In this document: positions 11,030 to 20,499 of the stretch, one piece after another
Layout of the letters: every line of letters begins with the position of its first letter
How positions within the stretch are numbered: the first letter of the stretch is position 1
Source of the DNA: an uncultured Bacilli bacterium
GTDB taxonomy: Bacteria; Bacillota_I; Bacilli_A; RF39; UBA660
Length of the DNA stretch: 64,000 bases
Direction of reading: 5' to 3'
NCBI GenBank assembly: GCA_910587325.1
Contig: CAJUKB010000002.1
Span: forward strand, 32,349-96,348
Notes under the pieces: generated by a model
Told to the model about the DNA's origin: nothing
The model's database searches: none
Seen by the model: only the letters and a program-made list of their open reading frames with translations
Translations under genes and position numbers: made by a program

Positions 11030-13846
11030 TTACTTTAAATATTTTTTTAAATACTCTCCTGTATAAGAGTCTTTGTTTTTAGCTACTTCTTCCGGAGTTC
11101 CCATTGCTACAATTGTTCCTCCATTATCTCCACCATTCGGTCCTAAATCAATAATGTAATCTGCTACTTTTATCACATCTAAATTATGTTCAATTACGAC
11201 AACTGTATCCCCATTGTCTACTATTCTTTGCAGAATGGTAAGTAATTTTTTTATATCAGCAGAATGTAGTCCCGTTGTGGGTTCATCTAAAATAAATAAA
11301 CTTTTTCCTGTTGGTTTTTTTTGCAGTTCTTTAGCAAGCTTCACACGCCCTGCTTCTCCACCAGATAGAGTAGGAGCTCCTGCTCCAAGTTCTACATAAG
11401 ATAAACCAACATCCATCATAGTATCTAATTTTGTTTTTATTTTCGGAATACTTGCAAAAAACTCTTGTGCTTCTTCTACTCGCATTTTTAAAACTTCCGC
11501 GATATTTTTATCTTTAAATTTAATGTTTAAAGTATCTCTATTGTAACGTGTTCCTTTACAAACGTCACAAGGTACATAAACATCAGGCAAGAAATGCATT
11601 TCTATTTTTTTAACACCATCCCCATAACAAGCTTCACATCTTCCGCCTTTTACGTTAAAAGAAAATCTTGATTTATCAAATCCACGCATTTTACTTTCTT
11701 TCATTTCCGCAAATAAATCACGAATATTATCAAACACGCCTACATATGTTGCCGGATTACTTCTTGGAGTTCTACCAATAGGGTCTTGTGAGATTTGGAC
11801 CACTTTATCAATCTCTTTTAATCCTTTTATTTTTTTGCATTTTCCCGGAATCACCTTAGATTTTGGATATAAGCTTTTAAAAACAGATTTATAAAGAATT
11901 TCATTCACCAATGAGCTTTTTCCTGAACCGGAAACACCTGTTACACAAACAAGTTTTCCTAAAGGAATTTTGACATCTATATTCTTTAGATTGTGTTCAC
12001 TTGCTCCGATAATTTCTAGTGCTTTCCCATTTCCTTTACGTCGCGTTTTTGGGACTTCTATTTTTTCTATTCCTGCTAAGTACCTACCAGTAATGGAATT
12101 TTTGTTTTTCATGACTTCACTAGGAGTTCCCGCTGCTACAATACTTCCACCTTCCCTTCCTGCTCCAGGCCCTACATCAACTAAATAGTCGGCTGCCAAC
12201 ATAGTATCGGTGTCATGTTCTACTACAATCAAAGTATTTCCTAAATCGACCATCTCTTTTAAAGAGGCAATTAATTTATCATTGTCTCTTTGATGAAGGC
12301 CAATAGAAGGTTCATCTAAAACGTATAAAACACCGGATAGTTTACTTCCAATTTGCGTAGCAAGACGAATTCTTTGCAACTCTCCACCGGATAGAGTGCC
12401 TGCCATACGATCTAGCGTAATGTAATCTAATCCTACATTTTTTAAAAACTCCAAACGATTGATAATTTCCTTTATGATAAGGCGACTAATTTCGGTTTGT
12501 TCTTTATTTAGTTTTAAGTTCTTGATAAACTCTAGTAATTTTCCTATACTCATTTGGGTCATTTCATAAATATTTTTCTTGTTTATATAGACATTTAAAA
12601 TGCTTTCTTTTAATCTTGCTCCATGACACATTGGACACTCTATTTCCATCATGTAGTTATCTAGCCACTCTCTTATCCAAGTAGAAGAAGTTTCTAAATA
12701 TCTTCTTTCTAAATTGTTGATAACTCCTTCAAAACGTCTTGTTACATATCTTTTATTTCCATTTTTTGCTGTGTATTCAAAATTAAGTTCTTCAGGAGTT
12801 CCAAAGAATAAAATGTTTTTTTCTTTCTTAGTTAGATTTTTGAAAGGCTTATCCATATCAATTTTATAATGGTCACATGCTGTTTTAACGTCAGTATAAA
12901 AAATGTTTGCATCATCCGACATAGTGGAAATAGCACCCTTATTAATAGACAATTCTTTATCAGGCACCAAAAGTTCTTCTGAAATAGCCGTTTTAAAACC
13001 TAATCCTTTACATTCCGGACAAGCTCCAAATGGGGCATTAAAAGAAAACATTCTTGGTTCTAAATCTGGAATGGAGTAGTTACATTTTACACAAGCAAAC
13101 TTCTCACTCCATAACATTTCTTCTCCACCAATAATGTGAATAAGGACCATACCATCTGCAAGGCGTGTACTTGTTTCGATTGCTTCAAAGATACGACTTC
13201 GTTCTTCTTCCTTTAATACAATTCTATCTACTACCACTTCTATGGTATCTTTGCTATTTTTCTCTAACGTAATTTCTTCGTCTAAAGAACGCATCTCTCC
13301 GTTTAGTCTAATTCTTGTAAATCCTTCTCTTCTTAATTCTTCTAGAAGGTCTTGGTGCATTCCTTTTTCGTCTTTTACAACCGGAGCCATAATCTCTAAC
13401 TTAGAACTCACTTCTAAATTCATGACTTTGTTAGTCATTTCTTCAATGCTTTGATGCGTAATCGCCTCATGATGGTTTGGGCAATAAGGAGTCCCAACTC
13501 TAGCATATAAAAGTTTTAGGTAATCATAAATTTCTGTCACCGTTCCAACAGTACTACGGGGATTGTTATTGGTTGTTTTTTGGTCTATGGCAATAGAAGG
13601 AGAAAGCCCATCAATCGAATCCACATCCGGTTTATCACTGCCACCTAAAAATTGACGTGCATAACTAGATAGACTTTCCACAAATCTTCTTTGCCCTTCA
13701 GCATAAATCGTATCAAAAGCTAGACTACTTTTCCCACTTCCAGATACGCCTGTCATGACAATTAATTTATTTTTTGGTAAATCCAAATCTATATTTTTTA
13801 AATTATTTTCTCTTGCTCCACGTATGATAATCTTATCATTTTTCAA
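11030..13846 (-). CDS. uvrA: excinuclease ABC subunit A
   Basis: It has two ABC ATPase modules (GVSGSGKSSL twice) and zinc-finger CxxC pairs. Length is 938 aa. Confidence 0.9.
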   Translation of the reverse strand: MKNDKIIIRGARENNLKNIDLDLPKNKLIVMTGVSGSGKSSLAFDTIYAEGQRRFVESLSSYARQFLGGSDKPDVDSIDGLSPSIAIDQKTTNNNPRSTVGTVTEIYDYLKLLYARVGTPYCPNHHEAITHQSIEEMTNKVMNLEVSSKLEIMAPVVKDEKGMHQDLLEELRREGFTRIRLNGEMRSLDEEITLEKNSKDTIEVVVDRIVLKEEERSRIFEAIETSTRLADGMVLIHIIGGEEMLWSEKFACVKCNYSIPDLEPRMFSFNAPFGACPECKGLGFKTAISEELLVPDKELSINKGAISTMSDDANIFYTDVKTACDHYKIDMDKPFKNLTKKEKNILFFGTPEELNFEYTAKNGNKRYVTRRFEGVINNLERRYLETSSTWIREWLDNYMMEIECPMCHGARLKESILNVYINKKNIYEMTQMSIGKLLEFIKNLKLNKEQTEISRLIIKEIINRLEFLKNVGLDYITLDRMAGTLSGGELQRIRLATQIGSKLSGVLYVLDEPSIGLHQRDNDKLIASLKEMVDLGNTLIVVEHDTDTMLAADYLVDVGPGAGREGGSIVAAGTPSEVMKNKNSITGRYLAGIEKIEVPKTRRKGNGKALEIIGASEHNLKNIDVKIPLGKLVCVTGVSGSGKSSLVNEILYKSVFKSLYPKSKVIPGKCKKIKGLKEIDKVVQISQDPIGRTPRSNPATYVGVFDNIRDLFAEMKESKMRGFDKSRFSFNVKGGRCEACYGDGVKKIEMHFLPDVYVPCDVCKGTRYNRDTLNIKFKDKNIAEVLKMRVEEAQEFFASIPKIKTKLDTMMDVGLSYVELGAGAPTLSGGEAGRVKLAKELQKKPTGKSLFILDEPTTGLHSADIKKLLTILQRIVDNGDTVVVIEHNLDVIKVADYIIDLGPNGGDNGGTIVAMGTPEEVAKNKDSYTGEYLKKYLK

Positions 13847-13913
13847 AACGCATCACTCCTTAGCGTTACTTATTTTACCACAAAATAACACTTTTTATTT
13901 GCAAAATTACTAT

Positions 13914-13942
13914 AGCATATATTTGTTCGCTTCGCAAGTCAA
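13914..13942 (-). promoter_or_regulatory. candidate sigma-A promoter for uvrA
   Basis: On the minus strand TTGACT, a 17-nt spacer and TATGCT lie about 60 nt upstream of the uvrA start. Only a CGAAC half-site is present, so there is no full Cheo/LexA box. Confidence 0.35.
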
Positions 13943-13974
13943 AAGAAAAGAAGATACAACTTCTCTAACTAAGT

Positions 13975-14334
13975 TTATAATAATGGTTTAGTATCTTCAT
14001 CTAAAATAGTTTGTCTATTCATAACTAAATTCATTTGTTCTAAAACATGATTTACTTTTTGAATCCCTTTCATTATATCAGCAGTTTTTAAAGACCCTTC
14101 TTTTGTATCTTGAGCTATCACATAAATACAGCCGACAATTACCTGATTAATATCCTCATAATATTTATTCTTTTCTATTAATAATTGTTCTTTAACATTT
14201 GGATTTTGCATACATAATTGATTTATGAATTCATTGATAGTTTCTTCATATGATGAGCTATTTGTCGGGAAAACATAACTTTTTAAAATATCGACTATAA
14301 GTGCATAAATCGTTTGTCTAATTTCTCCTTCCAC
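13975..14334 (-). CDS. hypothetical protein
   Basis: A 119-aa ORF with no recognised motif. Confidence 0.4.
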   Translation of the reverse strand: MEGEIRQTIYALIVDILKSYVFPTNSSSYEETINEFINQLCMQNPNVKEQLLIEKNKYYEDINQVIVGCIYVIAQDTKEGSLKTADIMKGIQKVNHVLEQMNLVMNRQTILDEDTKPLL

Positions 14335-14359
14335 ATCAAAATTCCTTTCTCTACATTTT

Positions 14360-15556
14360 CTAATTCTTTTTTACAATCAGTTCTCTTTTCTCTATCAAAA
14401 TAGAAGCAAATATATAATGGATAATGCCAATAATTAAGGCCGGTATGACAAAGTATCGTAAGTCTAAATGAAATACAAGCCCGCAAAAAAAGGTGCCGAT
14501 TGCTTTTCCTAAAAGAGAACTACAATATTTTAATGTGGTTAAAAACAAAGAATATTTTTCTTCTATATTGTTGATAAAATAGCTGCCAAAAATAAAACTA
14601 TAAGGTAAATCCGTTAAGAACAAGTAAATCAAAGTTCCCAACAAAACCATTTTGCTATTGGTTATAAACACAACTATATAGAGTAATACACGTATTCCAT
14701 ATTTTATCATTAGATTTCCATGGTCATTTTTAAAACGGAAATGTTTTACAACTAACATAGATAATATATTGGAACAAATTCCTAATCCTAATATACAAAA
14801 ACTAGCAAAACTAGAGGAAAAACCTAAATTATCTGTTAATAACAACATGGGCATTCCAAGGATAGCTCCCCATATCATATCACCTAAAAAGTTAACAAAT
14901 AAGAAAAAGTACAAAACTTTATTCTGATTAAAATAGTGTATGGTCTTTTTCATATTAAATCTTTCTTCGGTATTATTTTCGAGTGAAACTGCCATTAAAA
15001 CTACAAAAGCTAAAAAGTTAAAAATAACGGATAGCAGTAAACAAATATTATACTCTACTAAGGTATGAAAAATGGTTTTGCCAAGTAAAACAGCAACTAA
15101 TAAAAAACCTAATTTACTAAATAAAGATTCTACAAAGCTTTTTTTAGTATACAAAATATCATCTTTACTAATATTCATCATTAAAGGATACACACTTGCA
15201 AGAATTAATTGACTAAAGGCTATGTTAAAAAACATTAAAAATTTGATAAGAAATGCATTTTCTGTTCCGTTTAAACAAATTAAAATTGCGCCAGTTATCA
15301 TATTTAGGGCAAGCGTAATACAAATTCCCCACTTTAATTTATTGGTCGATACACGAATTGTAAAATAAAATAAGACAAATACCGTTACAATATAAGAAAC
15401 ACTAATAACATGACTTATAGTTGTTGTAGATAATCCATTCGTATTCATCCAAAGTTCACGATAGTTATCAAATAATCCTATTGAAAAACCAAAAAGTGCT
15501 AAGAAAAATAATAAACAAAAACTTTTATTTTCTTTCAATTTTTGCATGCATACCAC
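14360..15556 (-). CDS. polytopic membrane protein, MFS-like transporter
   Basis: It has about 12 predicted transmembrane segments and is 398 aa long. Confidence 0.4.
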   Translation of the reverse strand: MVCMQKLKENKSFCLLFFLALFGFSIGLFDNYRELWMNTNGLSTTTISHVISVSYIVTVFVLFYFTIRVSTNKLKWGICITLALNMITGAILICLNGTENAFLIKFLMFFNIAFSQLILASVYPLMMNISKDDILYTKKSFVESLFSKLGFLLVAVLLGKTIFHTLVEYNICLLLSVIFNFLAFVVLMAVSLENNTEERFNMKKTIHYFNQNKVLYFFLFVNFLGDMIWGAILGMPMLLLTDNLGFSSSFASFCILGLGICSNILSMLVVKHFRFKNDHGNLMIKYGIRVLLYIVVFITNSKMVLLGTLIYLFLTDLPYSFIFGSYFINNIEEKYSLFLTTLKYCSSLLGKAIGTFFCGLVFHLDLRYFVIPALIIGIIHYIFASILIEKRELIVKKN

Positions 15557-15583
15557 CTTATAGATAGTATAGCATAAAAAACT

Positions 15584-16345
15584 CTACTTTTCTTCAGGAT
15601 ATTTTCGTTTTTGAATTTTGTAGGTAATGGCCATAGAAAGTTTCCATGGAATTATACGATTGAAAAACAAACCTAGTTTAACACTAAAGCCGGGTACAAT
15701 GATTAATTTATTTTTAAACATCCTATCAATAGCGTATTTTGCTACTTTACGGCTTGGCATTTCTTTTAAACTAAAAACACCATGAGCAACAGAATTAAAC
15801 TCTGTTGCAACAGGCCCAGGGCATAAACAACTAATATGAACATGACTATTTTGGTGTTTTAATTCTTCATAAATTCCCATTGTAAGTTTAGTAATATAGT
15901 TTTTCGTTGCGTAATACGTATTAAGTCTTGGCCCTACCAAGAACCCTGCACTTGAACAAACATTTAAGATATAGCCATTATCTTTTTTTATAAAGTCAAT
16001 TAAAAATAATTTTGTTAGAATATGGTAGGCTTTAATATTTAAATCAATCATTTCAAGTTCACGAGTTAAATCCGTTTTAGAAAACATTCCAAATAATCCA
16101 AATCCGGCATTATTGATTAAAATGTCAATATTCTCTTTTTTCACTTGTTCATGTAATTTAAAAACATTTTCTTCTTTAAGCAAATCTAGAACAAGTATTT
16201 GAACATTGGTTTTCACTTTTTCTTTAATTTCTTCTAAACGTTCTTTTCTTCTTGCTACTAAAATAAGATCATATCCTAAATTTGCTAAGTAGTAAGCCAT
16301 ATCTCTTCCTATTCCACTACTTGCTCCTGTTATTAATGCTTTCAT
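15584..16345 (-). CDS. SDR-family short-chain dehydrogenase/reductase
   Basis: The N-terminal TGASSGIG Rossmann motif, the NNAG motif and the YxxxK catalytic pair (YYATK) are present. Confidence 0.75.
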   Translation of the reverse strand: MKALITGASSGIGRDMAYYLANLGYDLILVARRKERLEEIKEKVKTNVQILVLDLLKEENVFKLHEQVKKENIDILINNAGFGLFGMFSKTDLTRELEMIDLNIKAYHILTKLFLIDFIKKDNGYILNVCSSAGFLVGPRLNTYYATKNYITKLTMGIYEELKHQNSHVHISCLCPGPVATEFNSVAHGVFSLKEMPSRKVAKYAIDRMFKNKLIIVPGFSVKLGLFFNRIIPWKLSMAITYKIQKRKYPEEK

Positions 16346-16385
16346 ACAATCACCTTTTCTTTTATTATAATGAAAAAAGAAGCTT

Positions 16386-17235
16386 TTATTCTTCTTTTAG
16401 CGTAGTAATTTCTTCTAATGATAAGTTAGTATATTTCATTATTTTATCTAAATCTTCACCCTCAAGTAACATTTTCCTAGCAGTTTTTATTGCATTTTCT
16501 TTTGCTCCTTCTTCTTTGGCAATAGAAATATCCGAATTATAACACTTACGCTTGTCTTCCTCTTCACTCATGTACTCCCGAAATCTTACATCTTTGTTAA
16601 TAATCTCTACATTCATTTTGTAATCCTCCACCCATTTATCTTTTTTGCTTAACTTTTCTATGTCATCAAGTCCTAAATACAACATAATCAAGTATTTGTA
16701 TTTCCCTATTTCTTTTTCATTTTTAGAATACCAAAACTCCATGATTTTGTCCATATTGTATTATAAGATTATAAAATTTTTTACAAACTTATGTTGTCTT
16801 TTATCTTGAATATAATATTTTCTTACAATCTCATTATCTTCTTTTCCTAGTCCATAAGTGAAATTAATTTGAATAATTTGCATGTCTTCTGTATATTTTT
16901 CTCCCACTAAAGTATAATGCGAATAATTATCACATTGGTAAGCTGTATTTCTACTATGTAAATAATCTTTTTTACATGTATTCATTTCTACATCAATTTT
17001 TCCTTGATTGGTGGTAAGGAGAATATCTAGATTTTTTCTTCGGACACTCAAATTGCTTGTATTTCGTTCTACATTTTTCTTACCATTTCTTTTATAGAAA
17101 CACCAAGTGCCATTTCTAAAATCTTTTTTAAAATTTCTTCATTTTTTTCGTTAAGTAAGACTTCTTTAAAAGCTCTATCGTTTCTACAAGTATATAATTT
17201 ATCATTTGTTTCAGTAGTTATTTTTCTCACCTCCC
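16386..17235 (-). pseudogene. disrupted Rpn-family (PD-(D/E)XK) recombination-promoting nuclease/putative transposase
   Basis: Three consecutive minus-strand fragments are separated by stops or frameshifts. The N-terminal piece (DKLYTCRNDRAFKEVLLNEKNEEILKKILE) follows an AGGGAGGTGA site but has no proper start. The middle piece is IDVEMNTCKKDYLH. The C-terminal piece carries the Rpn-type tail LLEGEDLDKIMKYTNLSLEEITTLKEE. Confidence 0.55.
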
Positions 17236-17335
17236 TATTCTTATATATAAACTGCGAATTGGTGATTTCCTTTTTTTGAAGGTGAAATAATTTAAAAAAA
17301 CTTTTATTGATTTTCTCTGTTTTTTATAATAACTT

Positions 17336-18202
17336 TTAACTATGTTTGTTTTTTAACTGCCTCTTTAGTTCTTCTCTATCATAGTCGATATATTGTCTTA
17401 AAAAATATATTTTATCTATATCTTTTTCAAATATTAGATTTGCCAATAAACAAGCATCTTCTAAATAAAGAATTGCATATGGTTTATTAGTAAGATAACT
17501 CCTATAATCAAAATATTCTAAATCAAGGAATGGAATTTTTTCTTGTAAATGATAAAACGTATTAATATAATTTTGCCATAGCCATGCATCATCACAACCA
17601 TTAGGAATTCTATATTCAATTATATCTGGAATAAAAGTATTATTTTTTAAACTATTTTTTAAAGCAATACAATATTCTTTATTATTCCTAAAACGGTTTA
17701 TATTAAATTCTTCAACTTTCCTACATTCCCAAATTTTAAAATATTTTTTTAAACTATTGGCATACGTAAGTGGCCTTAAAAATTCATGATTACTTGTGGA
17801 AAACTTAAATAAGATATGTTCAAATTTCATAAAAAATAGACAAAACTTAAAAAAGTCATTTATTGTCTTATAATGGACATCCATATTTATTTGAAATGCT
17901 GCATAATCAAAATTAATTTGACATTTTTTCATTCTTTCACTTAAAAGAAATAATTGATTCCACACTTCTTTTGTACCATATAATTTGGGTGTCTGTATTT
18001 CATATGGAAAGTCTGTTTTTAAACCCACATCTACTTCATAAGTATAACCCTTTTCTTTTAAACCCTCCATAATGTATTTTCTATCCATCTCATTAAAAAG
18101 ACCCATTTCTATTTCAAGACCAAATACGCGAGGAATTTCTAGATTATAACGATAGGGTAAATTGTCATATAATGCCACTTCAATTAATTCTTGATTTTTC
18201 AT
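17336..18202 (-). CDS. hypothetical protein, possibly a glutamine-synthetase-like carboxylate-amine ligase
   Basis: The start at MKNQELIEV is preferred because GAAGGTG lies 5 nt upstream. The motif PRVFGLEIEMGLF resembles the GIELEM motif of the YbdK/GCS2 and amidoligase families. Confidence 0.3.
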   Translation of the reverse strand: MKNQELIEVALYDNLPYRYNLEIPRVFGLEIEMGLFNEMDRKYIMEGLKEKGYTYEVDVGLKTDFPYEIQTPKLYGTKEVWNQLFLLSERMKKCQINFDYAAFQINMDVHYKTINDFFKFCLFFMKFEHILFKFSTSNHEFLRPLTYANSLKKYFKIWECRKVEEFNINRFRNNKEYCIALKNSLKNNTFIPDIIEYRIPNGCDDAWLWQNYINTFYHLQEKIPFLDLEYFDYRSYLTNKPYAILYLEDACLLANLIFEKDIDKIYFLRQYIDYDREELKRQLKNKHS

Positions 18203-18320
18203 AAGAGCACCTTCTGTAGTGAAAAATATTATATTTTTAAATATATGAAATGTCAAATATTAAAATAGAATCATTAATAAAGTTACTCCTTACTCTTGTT
18301 GCTATTTAAGTAAATCAATT

Positions 18321-18352
18321 TTTATAATAGAAAAAGAAGGGACCTACCTTCT
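18321..18352 (-). terminator. rho-independent terminator after the YugP-like gene
   Basis: On the minus strand AGAAGG-taggtc-CCTTCT is followed by TTTTCTATT. The hairpin overlaps the stop codon. Confidence 0.45.
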
Positions 18353-19018
18353 ATTATTGCTATTCGTAAATATTAAAACTAATCTTACAATTTCTAAAGC
18401 ACTTGATAAAACCCCTGCAAGATAAGTAGAGGCTGCAGCAGAAAGCATCTTCGCTACGCCCTTTTGTTCTTCACTATTTGCTAATTCTAAGGCTTTAATT
18501 TCTTTTTTTGCTCTTTTACTTGCATCTATTTCAACCGGTAATGTAACAAGTTGAAATATAAGTCCTGTTCCTACAAGAAGTATACCTAGCCAAATCATAT
18601 TAATTGATTCCATTGCTAAACCTAAAAATATAACAAAATAGGATAGTCCTGTTGCAAAATGTACTACCGGAAATAATAAACTTCTAATACGCATGTAGGT
18701 GTAACCTACTTTATCTTGTATCGCATGTCCGCATTCATGAGCAGCAACGGATAATGCCGCAATACTAGAACCATGAAAAACTTCTTTTGAAAGTCTAACC
18801 ACTTTTCTTTTTGGGTCATAATGGTCAGTTAAATTTCCATTTACTTCTACGATATAAATGTCTTTTAAATCATTTTTATCTAGTATTTTTCTTGCTACTT
18901 CAAATCCCGTAATATTCGCTTCATTCTCGATATTTTTGTACTTACTATAACTTGATGAAACTAAAAATTGGGCAATGGCAGGTATAGCAAGCATAAGTAT
19001 AAAAATTAATAAATCCAT
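18344..19018 (-). CDS. YugP-type putative neutral zinc metallopeptidase
   Basis: It has a membrane-anchored N-terminus and the HExxH-type motif AAHECGHAIQ. Length is 224 aa. Confidence 0.7.
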   Translation of the reverse strand: MDLLIFILMLAIPAIAQFLVSSSYSKYKNIENEANITGFEVARKILDKNDLKDIYIVEVNGNLTDHYDPKRKVVRLSKEVFHGSSIAALSVAAHECGHAIQDKVGYTYMRIRSLLFPVVHFATGLSYFVIFLGLAMESINMIWLGILLVGTGLIFQLVTLPVEIDASKRAKKEIKALELANSEEQKGVAKMLSAAASTYLAGVLSSALEIVRLVLIFTNSNNRR

Positions 19019-19028
19019 AATCTACCTC

Positions 19029-20339
19029 TTATAATATATTTAGCGCAATCAGTTGCTCTCTTAAACTATCGGCACTCTCAAAGTCTTTATTATTACGTGC
19101 ATCTAACCAACTTTGGTAGAGTTCTTTATCGCTTTCACTAAATTCTTTTAATTCATAATAAAGTCCTAATATAGAATTGATTAGAATAATCTTATCATAA
19201 GTTTGTGAAATCTCTGTGTGGTTTCGAATACTTGTATTTAGTTCTTTTACTAAATCTAAAAGATAAGTAATTAAATTGGGAGTATTAAAATCATTATCCA
19301 TAATTTCATTAATATGTTCGTCTTTTGTTAAGTTGCCAACAGAAATATTTTCTAATTGAATTGTAATATTGGCCTGCTTTAAAGCATTATATACTTTGTC
19401 ATTAATAGCTACACATTCTGTAAAAGTGGTTTTGGTTAAATCTAATGGAGCACGATATTGGTTTTTTAAGAAAGCTAGTCTGATAACATTGCTTGGATAT
19501 TCTTTTCTTAAATCTTTTGCTAGAATAAAGTTATTTAAACTTTTGCTCATTTTTTCGCCTTCTACCATAATGTGACCATTGTGCATCCAATAGTTAGCTA
19601 AGTTATGATTCCAAGCTGCCTTACTTTGAGCCATTTCATTTTCATGATGGGGAAATTTCAAATCCACTCCTCCACCATGGATATCAATTTTTCCTTTAAA
19701 GATATCATGAATCATGACAACACATTCCGTGTGCCATCCAGGTCTTCCTGTTCCAAAAGGAGCATCCCAAATAATGCCTTCCTTTGTTTTTTTCCATAAA
19801 ACAAAGTCAAAAGGATTTTCTTTTTCTTCTGCTACATCAATTCTTTTTCCATAATCTAAGGCTTCTAAATTTTGTTTAGACAAGCATCCATAGTCTTTTA
19901 TCTTAGAAACTCTAAAATAGACATCATCGCCACTTTTATAAGCATACTCTTTTTCAAGTAATAGAGAGATAAAATCTATAATACTATCCATAGTTTCTGT
20001 TACACGAGGACGATAATCAATTGGTAAGCAATTTAGTCCTTCTAATTCTTCTAAATAGGCTTTGATAAACTTATCCGTGATTTCTTTTTCCGTTACAGAT
20101 AATTCAATAGCTGCCTTAATAATTTTGTCGTCTACATCGGTAAAATTAGATGCATAATTCACCTCAAATCCTGCATATTTCAAATAACGATACACCATAT
20201 CAAAAACAATAACCGGATACATATTTCCTACATGGGCGTAGTTATAAACAGTTGGTCCACATACATACATATTCACAACACCTGGTGTAATTGGTGTAAA
20301 CTCTTCTAATTTGTTTGTTAATGTATTAAATATTTTCAT
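19029..20339 (-). CDS. cysS: cysteine--tRNA ligase
   Basis: The class-I HIGH region (CGPTVYNYAHVGN) and the KMSKS motif are both present. Length is 436 aa. Confidence 0.9.
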   Translation of the reverse strand: MKIFNTLTNKLEEFTPITPGVVNMYVCGPTVYNYAHVGNMYPVIVFDMVYRYLKYAGFEVNYASNFTDVDDKIIKAAIELSVTEKEITDKFIKAYLEELEGLNCLPIDYRPRVTETMDSIIDFISLLLEKEYAYKSGDDVYFRVSKIKDYGCLSKQNLEALDYGKRIDVAEEKENPFDFVLWKKTKEGIIWDAPFGTGRPGWHTECVVMIHDIFKGKIDIHGGGVDLKFPHHENEMAQSKAAWNHNLANYWMHNGHIMVEGEKMSKSLNNFILAKDLRKEYPSNVIRLAFLKNQYRAPLDLTKTTFTECVAINDKVYNALKQANITIQLENISVGNLTKDEHINEIMDNDFNTPNLITYLLDLVKELNTSIRNHTEISQTYDKIILINSILGLYYELKEFSESDKELYQSWLDARNNKDFESADSLREQLIALNIL

Positions 20340-20443
20340 ATAAATAACCTCTCATATAATTCTATTAATTATTTTTGATTTGTATAATCGCTTAATTATT
20401 ATTTGGCCTTATCATAAAAATCACCATATTTCCACCTCTTAAT

Positions 20444-20458
20444 ACCATTATATGGTAT
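20444..20458 (-). promoter_or_regulatory. palindrome overlapping a -10 element upstream of cysS
   Basis: The perfect 15-nt palindrome TACCATATAATGGTA contains TATAAT (minus-strand view) and lies about 105 nt upstream of the cysS start. Confidence 0.3.
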
Positions 20459-20499
20459 TTACTAGTGAAAATCGAGTATTAAGTTATATTTTTATAATA

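Noticed and set aside
13847-13974. A LexA/Cheo box (CGAAC-N4-GTTCG) upstream of uvrA.
   Set aside because: Only a CGAAC half-site is present and the GTTCG partner is missing.
14295-14486. A 63-aa ORF overlapping both the 119-aa gene and the membrane-transporter gene.
   Set aside because: It overlaps two better-supported genes in another frame and has no RBS or motif, so it is spurious.
20340-20499. A possible T-box leader upstream of cysS, as in Bacillus cysE-cysS.
   Set aside because: The leader is only about 160 nt, and no specifier-loop or T-box (AATTAGGGTGGNACCGCG-like) sequence is present.
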